64,000 nt of DNA from Deltaproteobacteria bacterium (GCA_016182655.1 JACPGB010000016.1:3224-67223), one strand, 5' to 3'. Shown: positions 27,725 to 37,526, counted from the stretch's first letter. A program made the numbers and translations. The notes: a model not told the origin generated them from the letters alone.

Positions 27725-28879
27725 TTATTGGACGCCCTTCGGCTCCGCGCTTGCGACAGGCGCGGCCGCGGCCGGGATGACCGTGTCTTTCGCGCCCCAT
27801 TCCGGAGCGAAGGAGTTGTTGAGCTGAAGGAAGCTTTTTTTAAGGTTCCAGTTGGCGCAGGTACTGTGGTAGCAGTTGCGGCAACTCGCGGGCATGAGCC
27901 TGGCGTCGTTAACGGAGAGCCTGATGTTCTGCATGTCCTTCGAATTCCATGCGTCCTCGGGTGTCCTGAAGTCCTTTACGCTTAAGAGCCTTTCCGCCGA
28001 CGATTGGCAGGGCCTTACGAAGGTGTCGCTTCCGATGTAGAAGTCACGCCACGGGAAGGCGCAGGGCTTGTGGGCGAGGTCTCCGGCGTCGGACTCGCCC
28101 TGCAGTTCCGGGAGTTTCAGATAGATGTTCAGCCTTTCGGCCGCCTCGCGCGCTTCAATGAAGTGTCTTTTTACGAGTTCCTGCCTGTCAAAGAGCGTAT
28201 CCTTGCGGAGGCCGTCGTTGAAGATGGTCAGGTATACCGCCTTCACCTCGGGCACGCCCATCTCATAGGCGAGGCGGACCATCCCCGGGAGCTCGTGGAT
28301 GTTCCTCGCCATCGCCGTGAAGACGAGGTTCACGTACGGGTAATCGAGGTTCCTCCGCTCCTTTTCCAGCAGGATCCGCTTTATCGAGCGGACCTCCCGC
28401 TTGAGGTCTCCGCCCTTCCTTATGGAGTCGTTCGTCCCGGGCGTCACCCCGTCGAGCGAGACGGCTATGAGGTCGACGTGGTGTTCGAAGACGCTCTCCA
28501 TTATCTTCGGGAGCGTCGAGCCGTTGGTGACGAAGTACTTTCGAAGGAGCGGGAAGGTGTTCAGGTACTCGAGTATCTCCGGGAGCTTCGGATGGAGCGT
28601 CCCTTCGCCCCAGCCGTGGAGGGTAGTCTCCTCCGCGAACTGGAAGAAGGACCTGAAGGACTTTATGACGGAGACGGGCAGGTCGGAGGTCTTGAAGTCC
28701 GCGGATTCCCTCCCGCACATCACGCACTGGAAGTTGCACTTGTTGGTGAGCTCGAATACTATCCTCCTCGGGTACGATTCAAGGACGGTCTTACCAGAGG
28801 AGCATTCGACGTGGTTCTTCTCGCTGTTCCGCTTTTGCGCCTCGCCAAGCGGCGTTTTGAATAGCCTCTCTGTCTTCAT
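27725..28879 (-). CDS. radical SAM protein with Cys-rich C-terminal (SPASM/twitch-like) region
   Basis: CNFQCVMCG (Cx3Cx2C) radical SAM motif near the N-terminus; additional Cys cluster near the C-terminus (HKPCAFPW...RPCQ...ASCRNCYHSTCANWN). Confidence 0.75.
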   Translation of the reverse strand: MKTERLFKTPLGEAQKRNSEKNHVECSSGKTVLESYPRRIVFELTNKCNFQCVMCGRESADFKTSDLPVSVIKSFRSFFQFAEETTLHGWGEGTLHPKLPEILEYLNTFPLLRKYFVTNGSTLPKIMESVFEHHVDLIAVSLDGVTPGTNDSIRKGGDLKREVRSIKRILLEKERRNLDYPYVNLVFTAMARNIHELPGMVRLAYEMGVPEVKAVYLTIFNDGLRKDTLFDRQELVKRHFIEAREAAERLNIYLKLPELQGESDAGDLAHKPCAFPWRDFYIGSDTFVRPCQSSAERLLSVKDFRTPEDAWNSKDMQNIRLSVNDARLMPASCRNCYHSTCANWNLKKSFLQLNNSFAPEWGAKDTVIPAAAAPVASAEPKGVQ

Positions 28880-28946
28880 GTCGACCTCGCCTTTGTTTTT
28901 GGTGCGGACTTCGGAGACGGCGCCGGCCCTTCGGGCGTCCGTTTTC

Positions 28947-29855
28947 TCACGTCGTTTTTCTTACGATGATCTGCGAGGGCAGAGACCCCATCTCGAGCGC
29001 AAGTCTCTTCCATCTGTTGGCGAACATCCGCGCTATCAGGTAGTAGCAACGCGCCTTCGATTGCTTGTCGAGAGCGAGCCCCCTTATCGCCGAGAGGTCC
29101 TCGACAAGGAGCCTCCAATTGGGGAGCACGACCTTCGGGCGGGTAGTGGTGTCGTACCACCTGGCCCTCTCCTTGTAGGAGTTTATCTTGGGAAGCATGA
29201 CGGTCGAGGCCTTCGGGTGAATACGCCTGAAGTAGAGCTTTTTAGGGACCTGCCGGAACGGACCCGCGAGGAGTATCTTTGTGAGGAGCACCTGGTCGTT
29301 GGCTATGTATCTTCCGAAGAGACCGGTACGGGAGAGCACCTCCCTCCTCGTGACGCCGAAGATCGCCCAGAATATGTCGTTTGACCGCGCCTCCATGGCG
29401 ACGAACCGCTTGAGCCTCGCGGCCGGGTTTTTTTCGGTGATGCTCAGGTCTCCGGTCTCAGTCGAGAGATAGATGCCGTTCGCGTCCATGTAGGTCGTCT
29501 CAGGGAAGGCAAGGACGCATCCCGGGTCTGCATTGAGGACGCTTATGCACTCGGAGAGGTACTCCGGGGAGATAAGGTCGTCGTGCGCCGCCCATTTGAA
29601 GTACCTGCCGCGCGAGAGCTCGAATGTCATGTTGTAGTTGAGGGTGGCGCCGAGGTTTACGCCGTTCCTGTAGTACCTGACGCGCTTGTCCATGGAGGCG
29701 TAATCGAGGCATATCTCGCGCGTCCTGTCGGTCGACGCGTTATCCGAGAGTATGAGCTCGAAGTCCTCGAACGTCTGTCCGAGTATCGACTTTATCGCCT
29801 CTTCGACGTATTCTTCGCCGTTGTATATCGGCAGTCCCACGCTTGCTTCCGGCAC
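28947..29855 (-). CDS. family 2 glycosyltransferase (GTG start with GGAGGAG RBS)
   Basis: SVGLPIYNGEEYVEEAIKSILGQTFEDFELILSDNASTD GT2 N-terminal motif; RBS ggaggag 5 nt upstream of GTG at 29853-29855. Confidence 0.8.
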   Translation of the reverse strand: MPEASVGLPIYNGEEYVEEAIKSILGQTFEDFELILSDNASTDRTREICLDYASMDKRVRYYRNGVNLGATLNYNMTFELSRGRYFKWAAHDDLISPEYLSECISVLNADPGCVLAFPETTYMDANGIYLSTETGDLSITEKNPAARLKRFVAMEARSNDIFWAIFGVTRREVLSRTGLFGRYIANDQVLLTKILLAGPFRQVPKKLYFRRIHPKASTVMLPKINSYKERARWYDTTTRPKVVLPNWRLLVEDLSAIRGLALDKQSKARCYYLIARMFANRWKRLALEMGSLPSQIIVRKTT

Positions 29856-29872
29856 GCGGTCTCCTCCGTTGT

Positions 29873-31090
29873 TTATGCCGAAATGAAAGACTTTCTCTTT
29901 AGATACCCCCTTCGCACGATCCTCCGCGCGGTCCCAAGGACCGCTCGGACCTTCTCTTTTGTCCCGAGCGGCTTCCATAGGCGGCGTAGAAAAAAACCGT
30001 TAAAGGCGGGCGAGGGGAGGGTGAAGACCCTGAAGGCGAGGAGCCTTCCCCAGAGCGCGGATTTTTTTTCAAGGAGGTTCGGTTGCGCCGCGGCTATCGC
30101 CCCCTCATTCGAGCGCTCGAGCTTCAGGTATCCCGCCCTTATCGCGCCCTCGACTATCTCCTGCCCCCTCATGGTCCTTGCCAGGACGATGGAGCGGCCC
30201 ATTCCGCCATCCTCCCTGTGCCATGCGTCGCCGCAGGAGATATCGGCGAACTCTCCGGTGCCGTCGGGGCAGAGATGGCACCTGTAGGGGCGGTATTTCT
30301 GGAGGAACGACCAGGCCTCCCTGTAGGAGACCTCAAGCGGAGCCCCCTTGATCCTCGCGCTGAAGACACCCGGCCAGCCGCGCCCCCTGTATCTGATCTC
30401 TCTCGCGTCCGCAACTTCGGCTCCGAGGCTATTGATGAGCTCGGCGGTCCCTTTGGTAGATGGCGTACCGGCGCAGAATAACGCAACCGAGGCCCCGGCC
30501 TTCTCTTTCAGCGCCGGCCTTATCCCGGCGGCCTTACGCAACGCCGCCGCGTCGCACGGCTTGCCGATAAAAAGGGATGGTCTTTCGGCCGATTCGATAA
30601 GCCCAAAAGAATCGCAGGGCGAGGCAGGGGAGTACCTTGAGCCTGCCCTCGCCAGCAACTCCTCGCGCGAAGCGCTGTAATGGGTCTTGTTGGAAAGCGC
30701 CGTATCCCCGGCCCCGGTGTGGAGGACGCCCACGAACCCGAGCTCTTCCATGCAGTAGAGCGCGATGGCCGTCGCCGCGCCCCCCGAGGAGCCCCTGAAT
30801 CGGACCTCCTCGTCGATGGCGTACCCCTCCCAGACGCTCAATATCGGCCCCCATTTCTCGAAGGCGCCGTTCGCGCCGCCTTGCGGCAAGGAGCGGGATA
30901 ATCCAATGCCCGGGCAGACCTGAAGGCAGTCGGTACAGTCTCGGCAGTCACCTTCCGCGACAAAGGGCCTGATCCCGTCGTCGAATACGTCCTTGAGAGA
31001 GACCAACTTGTCCCTGCACGCGTAAGCGCACGCGCCGCACCCGGCGCACAGGCGCCACTCGGCGACATCCCTTACGGTCTTAAGCCTCAT
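29873..31090 (-). CDS. F420H2-dehydrogenase (FrhB/FdhB) beta-subunit-like iron-sulfur protein (polysaccharide pyruvylation-associated)
   Basis: Two 4Fe-4S ferredoxin-type Cys clusters at the N-terminus (CAGCGACAYAC..., CRDCTDCLQVCP) and an FrhB/FdhB-like C-terminal domain; gene pairing with a pyruvyl transferase as in many EPS loci. Confidence 0.7.
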   Translation of the reverse strand: MRLKTVRDVAEWRLCAGCGACAYACRDKLVSLKDVFDDGIRPFVAEGDCRDCTDCLQVCPGIGLSRSLPQGGANGAFEKWGPILSVWEGYAIDEEVRFRGSSGGAATAIALYCMEELGFVGVLHTGAGDTALSNKTHYSASREELLARAGSRYSPASPCDSFGLIESAERPSLFIGKPCDAAALRKAAGIRPALKEKAGASVALFCAGTPSTKGTAELINSLGAEVADAREIRYRGRGWPGVFSARIKGAPLEVSYREAWSFLQKYRPYRCHLCPDGTGEFADISCGDAWHREDGGMGRSIVLARTMRGQEIVEGAIRAGYLKLERSNEGAIAAAQPNLLEKKSALWGRLLAFRVFTLPSPAFNGFFLRRLWKPLGTKEKVRAVLGTARRIVRRGYLKRKSFISA

Positions 31091-32367
31091 GCGCGTCTCA
31101 AGAGTTGCGAGTAGAGCCTTTCAAGGTCGCCGGTGACCTTGTCCCACGTGAAATTCCTGAGCACCCGGCCTCTGCCGGCCTCGCCCATCGATCTTCTGAG
31201 CCTTTCGTCCTTAAGTAGCCGTATGACCGCGTCAGCAAGGCTGTTTTCGTCCCCGGGTCTCACGAGTATGCCGGTCCTTCCGTCGTCGACGACCTCGCGT
31301 ATCCCCCCGGTCTTTGTGGCCACGACAGGAAGTCCGGCCGACATCGCCTCGACGATCGGCATCCCGAAAGACTCGGATAAAGAGGCGTTCACGAAGACGT
31401 CGGAGGCCCCGTAAAACCCGGAGAGCGCCGAGTGCGGTAGATTGCCGATGAAGCGGACCTTGTTCTTAAGGCCCTCAGGGAGCATCGATTCAAGGTGGTC
31501 CTGATACCCGGACATGTAAAACCGCTCAAGCGCCTTTACGCTCTCGTCGTTAGATAGTCCGACGATGTATTCGATGGGCGTCACGGCCTCGGGGCCTATT
31601 ATGTCGAGCGATGTCCCGGGGAACTCCCTGCTTATCCTCTCGAAAGCGCTTAAAAGGACATGCACGCCCTTTTCCGGGGATACGCGCGACACGAACAGAA
31701 GCCTCGGCCCGGTATTTTTCAAGGCCCTCGTACCGTGAAAAGGGAAGAGCGCAGGGTCGACTCCGTTATGTACCGTGTGACACCTGCCAGAGAGTTCCGG
31801 GAAGGCATCATTGATACCGTCTGTTAAAAAACCACTGCAACCGATGATGGCGTCTGCCTTTTTTATGCACGGCCGGATCGCCTCGGGGGATATTTCCGTA
31901 AGCCACGCGCCGTGCATGTGGAGGATTATGCGGGCGGACGGGTTGAAGGCCCTTACCACCGGGACGAACTGGGAAAAGCTGTGTATGTGTATTGCGTCGA
32001 AACGCTCCTGCCTGAGGTCGAGGGCGGTTTTAAGGATATACGGATGGTAATAGAAACGTGAGCTGAACGGAGGGCGCTTGCGTCCGTAGAGAGGGAGTTT
32101 TCTTATCAGCCTGTTGAGCCTCAAGTCCCACTTTACGGGGATGCGCTTCAACCTTATCCCCGAGACCTCTTCAACCGACGGACCCGCCTCCCGGGTGCCC
32201 GTGTAGACGGTGACATCAAAACCCGAGAGCCTCCGCGCGGTCTCGTATACGCATACCCCGATGGAGGTGGGGGTCGGTGGCAGGACCACGTCCATGGGCT
32301 GAGGCAGTACGGCTATCCTGAACCCGCCGGGCTTCCGGGTGCGAGACGTTTTAAGGTCTTTCATCAC
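31087..32367 (-). CDS. family 4 (GT-B) glycosyltransferase
   Basis: C-terminal GT4 motif SESFGMPIVEAMSAGLPVVATKTGGIREVV. Confidence 0.8.
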   Translation of the reverse strand: MMKDLKTSRTRKPGGFRIAVLPQPMDVVLPPTPTSIGVCVYETARRLSGFDVTVYTGTREAGPSVEEVSGIRLKRIPVKWDLRLNRLIRKLPLYGRKRPPFSSRFYYHPYILKTALDLRQERFDAIHIHSFSQFVPVVRAFNPSARIILHMHGAWLTEISPEAIRPCIKKADAIIGCSGFLTDGINDAFPELSGRCHTVHNGVDPALFPFHGTRALKNTGPRLLFVSRVSPEKGVHVLLSAFERISREFPGTSLDIIGPEAVTPIEYIVGLSNDESVKALERFYMSGYQDHLESMLPEGLKNKVRFIGNLPHSALSGFYGASDVFVNASLSESFGMPIVEAMSAGLPVVATKTGGIREVVDDGRTGILVRPGDENSLADAVIRLLKDERLRRSMGEAGRGRVLRNFTWDKVTGDLERLYSQLLRRA

Positions 32368-33665
32368 CGGACCTGGGAGAGGAGGGCGAGGGCGGACTCC
32401 CTTACGCCTTTCATCTCTTTTTTAAGCCTCTCCCTGATGAGGGAACGCTCCTCGAACGTCCTGTCGATTATATTGATGATCGCGTCCTTGCCCATCCTGC
32501 ACGGGTCGGCTACGCAGTCCTCCACGCCGATCGATTCCATAACGCCCATGAACTTCCTGCTGTAGGAGAGCGGCACCGCCGGGACGGATTGGGACAGCGC
32601 CGCTATGCACGCGTGCATGCGCGAGCCTATGAAAAGGTCGGTCCTTCCGATGACGTACTTTATCTCGTGAGTGTCGTACTCGCCCCGGAGGAGAAAGAGC
32701 TTCTCCCTGTATTTCTCGCTTAGCTCGCGGTAGAGGGCTTCGCAGGCGTTCGAGTCGCTCTCTTCGTTCCTCTTGCCGCCGAAGACATGGGGGATGAGTA
32801 TGACGAACGCGCCTTTTCTCCTGATGAGAAAGTCGATTATTTCCATGACGAGCGCCTTGTAGTCATGCTTTAGCCCGAACATGTTCCTCTTCGTGTACCC
32901 GCCGATGTAGAGGAGCCCGCTGACGTTCAGCCCGACGGCGACCCCGACGGCCGCCTCTCCCGGCCAGCCGTCGAGCTTGAGCTCCGCCGGTTTCGAGGGC
33001 TCAAGCAGGAAGCCGAGGTCGTACCCGAACCGCACCTTGTCCGACGGACCGCGCAGCCCCAGTATCTCTCTGGCCTCCACCATGCTGGAGTAGTCCCTCG
33101 AATACACGGCCTCGGCCCTGTCCATGATGAACCGGGCGATCGTCCTTGCGATCCCGCCCTTGAAAGGCCCGAGTGTCTGCGGGAGAAGTACGAGCCTTTT
33201 TCCCGCCGCTATCACGAGCGCCTGGGGGAGCGTCACGTAGAGGAGGCGTTCAAGCCCGTATATGTCGCTGAAGCTGTCGCCTCCGGCGACGGAGAAGGCT
33301 ATGTCGGCCTCGAAGACCTTTTTAAGGTGCGGATTCATGCGGAGCACGGCGGCCCTGAACTCCTTTAAAGGTATCATCCTCAGGGCCAGCGCGAGAAAGA
33401 GGAGCATGAGGACATGGTTCCCGAGAAAGATGTTCTTCGAGAACCTTAAGTTTACGAGCTGTACGAGGACGTTCCTGTGGTCGAGGCTCAGGTTGTACGT
33501 CGCCTCTTCCTTCCCGTAATCGAGGAGGAAGACGTCGGAAGCCGGGTATCTCCTTTTTATGCACCTTACGGCCCCGGAGGCCAGCGCGCCGACACCCATG
33601 TTCCTGGTGGAGAGGCTCGCGCCGAGGAGCAGGACCTTCGTGTTTTTTTCAGTTTGAGATGTCAT
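32364..33665 (-). CDS. polysaccharide pyruvyl transferase family protein (CsaB/WcaK-like)
   Basis: PS_pyruv_trans-type architecture (VLLLGASLSTRNMGVGAL...GGDSFSDIYG...GSRMHACIAA). Confidence 0.8.
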   Translation of the reverse strand: MTSQTEKNTKVLLLGASLSTRNMGVGALASGAVRCIKRRYPASDVFLLDYGKEEATYNLSLDHRNVLVQLVNLRFSKNIFLGNHVLMLLFLALALRMIPLKEFRAAVLRMNPHLKKVFEADIAFSVAGGDSFSDIYGLERLLYVTLPQALVIAAGKRLVLLPQTLGPFKGGIARTIARFIMDRAEAVYSRDYSSMVEAREILGLRGPSDKVRFGYDLGFLLEPSKPAELKLDGWPGEAAVGVAVGLNVSGLLYIGGYTKRNMFGLKHDYKALVMEIIDFLIRRKGAFVILIPHVFGGKRNEESDSNACEALYRELSEKYREKLFLLRGEYDTHEIKYVIGRTDLFIGSRMHACIAALSQSVPAVPLSYSRKFMGVMESIGVEDCVADPCRMGKDAIINIIDRTFEERSLIRERLKKEMKGVRESALALLSQVR

Positions 33666-34425
33666 CGTGCGAGGGGATCTCGAGCCTCTCTCCTTTTGCG
33701 GGCTGGCCTGCTTTTATGGAAAGGACCGCGTCCATGCACCGGAGGAGCGCCATCCGGGTCTTTCCTGCGTGGATAGTCGCGCACGACGTCCTCACTGGAA
33801 GCCGCCCTTTCCATTTTGTCCGGAGGTATTCGGCCGCGGCCCAGAACTCCGAGGGGAGTTTTTTTATCGCCACGCTGTTGTGCAGGCAGATCTCGCTTAC
33901 GGCGAAGCACTTGAGTTTCCTCTGCGACGCCTCGAGGCATATATCCGTTCCGTAGAGGTGGAAGTTCGGCATGAACGGGTCGAACTTCAGCCCCGTCTCT
34001 TTCCTGAACGCGAGTATTATCTCGTCAAGCGAAACCACCTCTTTCGGCCGTCCTATCGACCCGAGCTCCCTTTTAAGGCCGTTCGAGTAGACGTGTCCGG
34101 CCTGCAGGCCGTCGGCTGTGATACCGTAGCACCCGGCGACCCCCATACGGCATCTCTTCTCAAGCGCCCTGAACTCGGAAGTAAACCTTTCGTCCCAGCC
34201 GTCCGGGAGCCACAGGTCCTGGTGGACGAAGACGATAATGCCGCCTTTTGCCTCCGCGAGCGCGCTGTTGTACGCGAGGGCGGCCGACTGGAACCCCTCC
34301 CTTATGATCATCCTGTGCGGGTGCCTCCCGGCGAATACCGGCGAGTTGAGGAGGTTCTTCCTCAGGACCTCGGCGTCATTCACCGAGACGACGAAGGTGA
34401 GCGGCTCTTTTGCGCCTTTGAACAT
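33649..34425 (-). CDS. putative glycosyltransferase-like protein (GT-A-like, weak)
   Basis: N-terminal LTFVVSVND segment resembles GT-A start; no strong family signature; sits between pyruvyl transferase and flippase. Confidence 0.45.
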   Translation of the reverse strand: MFKGAKEPLTFVVSVNDAEVLRKNLLNSPVFAGRHPHRMIIREGFQSAALAYNSALAEAKGGIIVFVHQDLWLPDGWDERFTSEFRALEKRCRMGVAGCYGITADGLQAGHVYSNGLKRELGSIGRPKEVVSLDEIILAFRKETGLKFDPFMPNFHLYGTDICLEASQRKLKCFAVSEICLHNSVAIKKLPSEFWAAAEYLRTKWKGRLPVRTSCATIHAGKTRMALLRCMDAVLSIKAGQPAKGERLEIPSHDDISN

Positions 34426-34434
34426 GTCAGGGCC

Positions 34435-35958
34435 TCAGGACATCCCGTCATGGCGGCTCTGGGCTATGAGCCTTGAGAGCAGGGAGTCCTTCCTGTACTT
34501 CAATATGAAGGCGCCGGCTATCGCGTAGGAGACGAGGCAGGCGAGGGCGCCTATGGTCATATGGATGACCGGGAGAGAACCGAAGATGCCGTATGTCGCG
34601 GCCCAGACACCGGCGACGAGAAGCGATATGACAGAGGGCTTCAAAAAGATCATGACGTATTCAAGGAGCCCCAGGTCCGAGGTCTCGCGTATCTGAAAGA
34701 CCTGGACGACGTGGCCGAGGAGCATGGAGGCGAGGGACGCCGCCGCGCCTCCTTCTATGCCGAAGTATCTGACGGCCGGGTATATGATGACGACGATCAT
34801 TGCCGTCCGGAGCGCTGTCGCCAGCCTGTGGGTCTCGGGCTTGCCGATTGCGAAGTAATAGGTGACTATCGGGACGTTGACTATTCTAAGGAACGACGTC
34901 GCCATGAGTATGGCGAACGGGACCGCCGCAGCTGCGTAAGGGGCCCCGTAGAGGACGGTAAGCAGTTCCCTCGAATAGAGGACGACGTAGAGGAGCATCG
35001 GGAAGCCCAGGAACGAGATCGCGGCGGTGAGCCGCAATATGAGTGTGTTGGACCTCTTTCTCTCCTCCTGCATCTCGGAGAAGACCGGCATGGCGACCTG
35101 CCCGACAAGGGTCCCGACCATCTGGAACGGGATCCTCGAGAACGCGGCGGCTATGCTGTAGAGTCCGAGCTCGGTCGGCGTGCAGAGCTTGCCTATGGTG
35201 AAGATGTCTATCTGAAGGAAGATGTTGGTGAGTATGGGAAGCCCGAAGACGCCGCGGGCGAACCTCCAAAGCGATTCCATGTGCCGCCTTTCGAACTTGA
35301 GCCCAGGAAGACAGAAGCAGAGCGCGAATGAAAGGGCGCACCTTACCGCGGCCTCTATCGTGTACCCGGCGACAAGGGCCCATTCGCCCGGTACGAAAAA
35401 GACCAATAGCACGGTCGAGAATATCCCGGCGCCCGCCGAGCCGAGATTGATGGCCACCCAGGGCTTGAAGTCCATGTCCTTGAACGCGACGTAGAGCCCG
35501 GCGCTCTGCGCGCCGTTAAAGAGTATGCTGAGGAACGCCACACGGAGGAGCGGCGTAAGCGACGGCATGGAGTAGAAGACCGCTATCCACGGCGCGGCGG
35601 CGTAGGCGATGGCGTACAGGAATACGGAGCGCGCGAACGAGAGCCACCATGCGGCGTTAAGGAAGGTCTCTTCGTGCCCGTCCGGGTTCTGCACGACGGC
35701 GGACTTGACGCCTATGTCCGTGAAGGCCTCGAGGGCCGAGCAGGCGGCGAGCACTATGGCCATGACGCCGAAGGCCTCGGGGGCGATGACGCGCGCTATT
35801 ATCATGTTCCTCGCGAGCCTCATCAATTGCTCCACGCCGGAGCCCGCGCCGAGCCAGAGCCCCCCGCGAGTCGCCCTCGTAAAAAGGCTCTCTCCGGAGT
35901 TAAGCTTCTCCAGTGAGGCCTTGAGGAACCTGCCCAACGGCCGTAAACCGATTTTCAT
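34435..35958 (-). CDS. Wzx-type oligosaccharide flippase (polysaccharide biosynthesis protein, MOP superfamily)
   Basis: About 12-14 TM segments; N-terminal region of the PST family (ARVIAPEAFGVMAIVLA...GVKSAVVQ). Confidence 0.8.
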   Translation of the reverse strand: MKIGLRPLGRFLKASLEKLNSGESLFTRATRGGLWLGAGSGVEQLMRLARNMIIARVIAPEAFGVMAIVLAACSALEAFTDIGVKSAVVQNPDGHEETFLNAAWWLSFARSVFLYAIAYAAAPWIAVFYSMPSLTPLLRVAFLSILFNGAQSAGLYVAFKDMDFKPWVAINLGSAGAGIFSTVLLVFFVPGEWALVAGYTIEAAVRCALSFALCFCLPGLKFERRHMESLWRFARGVFGLPILTNIFLQIDIFTIGKLCTPTELGLYSIAAAFSRIPFQMVGTLVGQVAMPVFSEMQEERKRSNTLILRLTAAISFLGFPMLLYVVLYSRELLTVLYGAPYAAAAVPFAILMATSFLRIVNVPIVTYYFAIGKPETHRLATALRTAMIVVIIYPAVRYFGIEGGAAASLASMLLGHVVQVFQIRETSDLGLLEYVMIFLKPSVISLLVAGVWAATYGIFGSLPVIHMTIGALACLVSYAIAGAFILKYRKDSLLSRLIAQSRHDGMS

Positions 35959-36155
35959 TTATATTTTTTTTGACCTCGCCGCGATGCGGCACTGAAAAAG
36001 GCCGCCGTGCGCGCATTTTTTTTGCGCGCGCGGCATAAGCCTTGGGAGATGACTTGAATTGGTTATTGATCGACGCCGGCCGGGCGGCCGGGTCGCAGGA
36101 CCTGCTTGTCGCGAAAGGCGCCTGTCTGCCGTTTCCGGCAGACAGGCGGGATAGA

Positions 36156-37424
36156 TCAGTTTACCTGAAGGTTTTCCGGGGCGGAGGGGATGAGCGTGGC
36201 GGTGCCGCCGTACTCGAACGCGCCCCTGTCCCAGACCCCGTCGCCGCCCCTCGTGTAACCGTACATGTCGAGGTTGTACGAGGTCCCGAGGTCCTTGCCC
36301 GAGCTCGTCGGCGCGGCGAGCTGGAAGTTATACGCCGACGAGTTCACGAAGGGGTTCCCGGTACCGTTCTGTATGTTCGACTCCGACTGCGAGTTCGTGC
36401 CGTAGAACCAGTTGTAGTCGTGGCTCACGTTGCCGAACGTCAGCTTCTGGCAGTTGTACCAGATGTTGTTGTAGGCGGTGTTGCCGCCGCCGGAGGTGGA
36501 GTCGAACCAGACGCCTGCGTTGTAACCCTTGAGGTTCACGAAGGTGTTGTTGTAGACCTTCGTGTTCGTGACCTTATAGCCGGTCCAGGTCGCCACGGCC
36601 CCGTTGCTTATGTCGTAGCCGTACCCGGAGGTATAGAAGAAGAGGTTGCCGTAGACCTGCCAGCCGTCGCCGTCGAAGACGAGGATGCCGGTGCCGGTTA
36701 TGTCCTCCCAGACGCTGTACCTTACCGTGTTTCTCGCCGTGCCGCCGTAGGCCGAGATGCCCTCGGAGTGCTCGGACGACGTGCTCATGTTCCTCGCCAC
36801 GTAGAGGTGATCGAAGACCGAGTCGGTCGTCGCGCGGAGCAGTATCGGGGCCCTGCCGGAGTCATGCAGGTAGCAGTAGGAGATGAGCAGGTTGTTCGCG
36901 CCGAGCGTGTAGATGATATCGTCGCCGCTCTCGGTATTAGTCCCCCTGTGCTCCATCTCCACGTGCTTGACCGTCACGTACGAAGGACTGTTGTCGAACC
37001 TCATGAGCTTCGAGGACCCGGCCGAGATTATCTTGAAGCCGTAGCCGGTCTTGCCCGAACCGGTCTGTCCGTCGAAGACCCAGTAGCTGGAACTGAAGGT
37101 GATCGTCGCGTTAAAGGTCGCCGTCCCGTCTCCGTACGAGCTCTGCCAGCCCGAGTCGGTGCCGTGGTCGGAGGCGATCGCCTTCTTTATGTAGGTCTTC
37201 GTGGTGCCGGAGTCGTCGAAGGTATAGCTTCCGTAACTGCCGTCGGCTATGTAGTAGACGTCGCCCCTCGTCAGAGCCGAGGGGAGCGTCGTCCATGCGT
37301 TGGTCCAGTCGGCCCCGGTGTTCGCGCCAGCGGCCCCGGACCTTATGTAGTGGTTTGCGGCAAGCCCGGCTTCAGGCAAAACGGCCAGAAGGAACAGGGC
37401 GAGCAGAAGTGCGTATTTCTTCAT
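36156..37424 (-). CDS. secreted right-handed beta-helix (pectate-lyase-fold) protein, candidate polysaccharide lyase/hydrolase
   Basis: Signal peptide MKKYALLLALFLLAVLPEAGLA; N/G/T/Y-rich parallel beta-helix repeat pattern; no PEP-CTERM tail. Confidence 0.7.
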   Translation of the reverse strand: MKKYALLLALFLLAVLPEAGLAANHYIRSGAAGANTGADWTNAWTTLPSALTRGDVYYIADGSYGSYTFDDSGTTKTYIKKAIASDHGTDSGWQSSYGDGTATFNATITFSSSYWVFDGQTGSGKTGYGFKIISAGSSKLMRFDNSPSYVTVKHVEMEHRGTNTESGDDIIYTLGANNLLISYCYLHDSGRAPILLRATTDSVFDHLYVARNMSTSSEHSEGISAYGGTARNTVRYSVWEDITGTGILVFDGDGWQVYGNLFFYTSGYGYDISNGAVATWTGYKVTNTKVYNNTFVNLKGYNAGVWFDSTSGGGNTAYNNIWYNCQKLTFGNVSHDYNWFYGTNSQSESNIQNGTGNPFVNSSAYNFQLAAPTSSGKDLGTSYNLDMYGYTRGGDGVWDRGAFEYGGTATLIPSAPENLQVN

Positions 37425-37510
37425 TACAACCTCCTTGATACTTGGTACTGATTTTAGATCCTGATTTCCCTTTGCTTCACGACAGGATACAGGAGGTTGA
37501 GACTAAAAAA

Positions 37511-37526
37511 TGTGATTTAAATCACT
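37511..37526. promoter_or_regulatory. CRP/FNR-family-type palindrome TGTGA-N6-TCACt upstream of the beta-helix gene
   Basis: tgtgatttaaatcact at 37511-37526 in an AT-rich 130-bp spacer, ~85 bp upstream of the start at 37424. Confidence 0.3.

Noticed and set aside
36042-37451. 469-aa plus-strand ORF
   Set aside because: It is antisense to the beta-helix gene. Its product is Arg/Val/Gly-rich without domain features, whereas the minus-strand ORF has a signal peptide and coherent beta-helix repeats.
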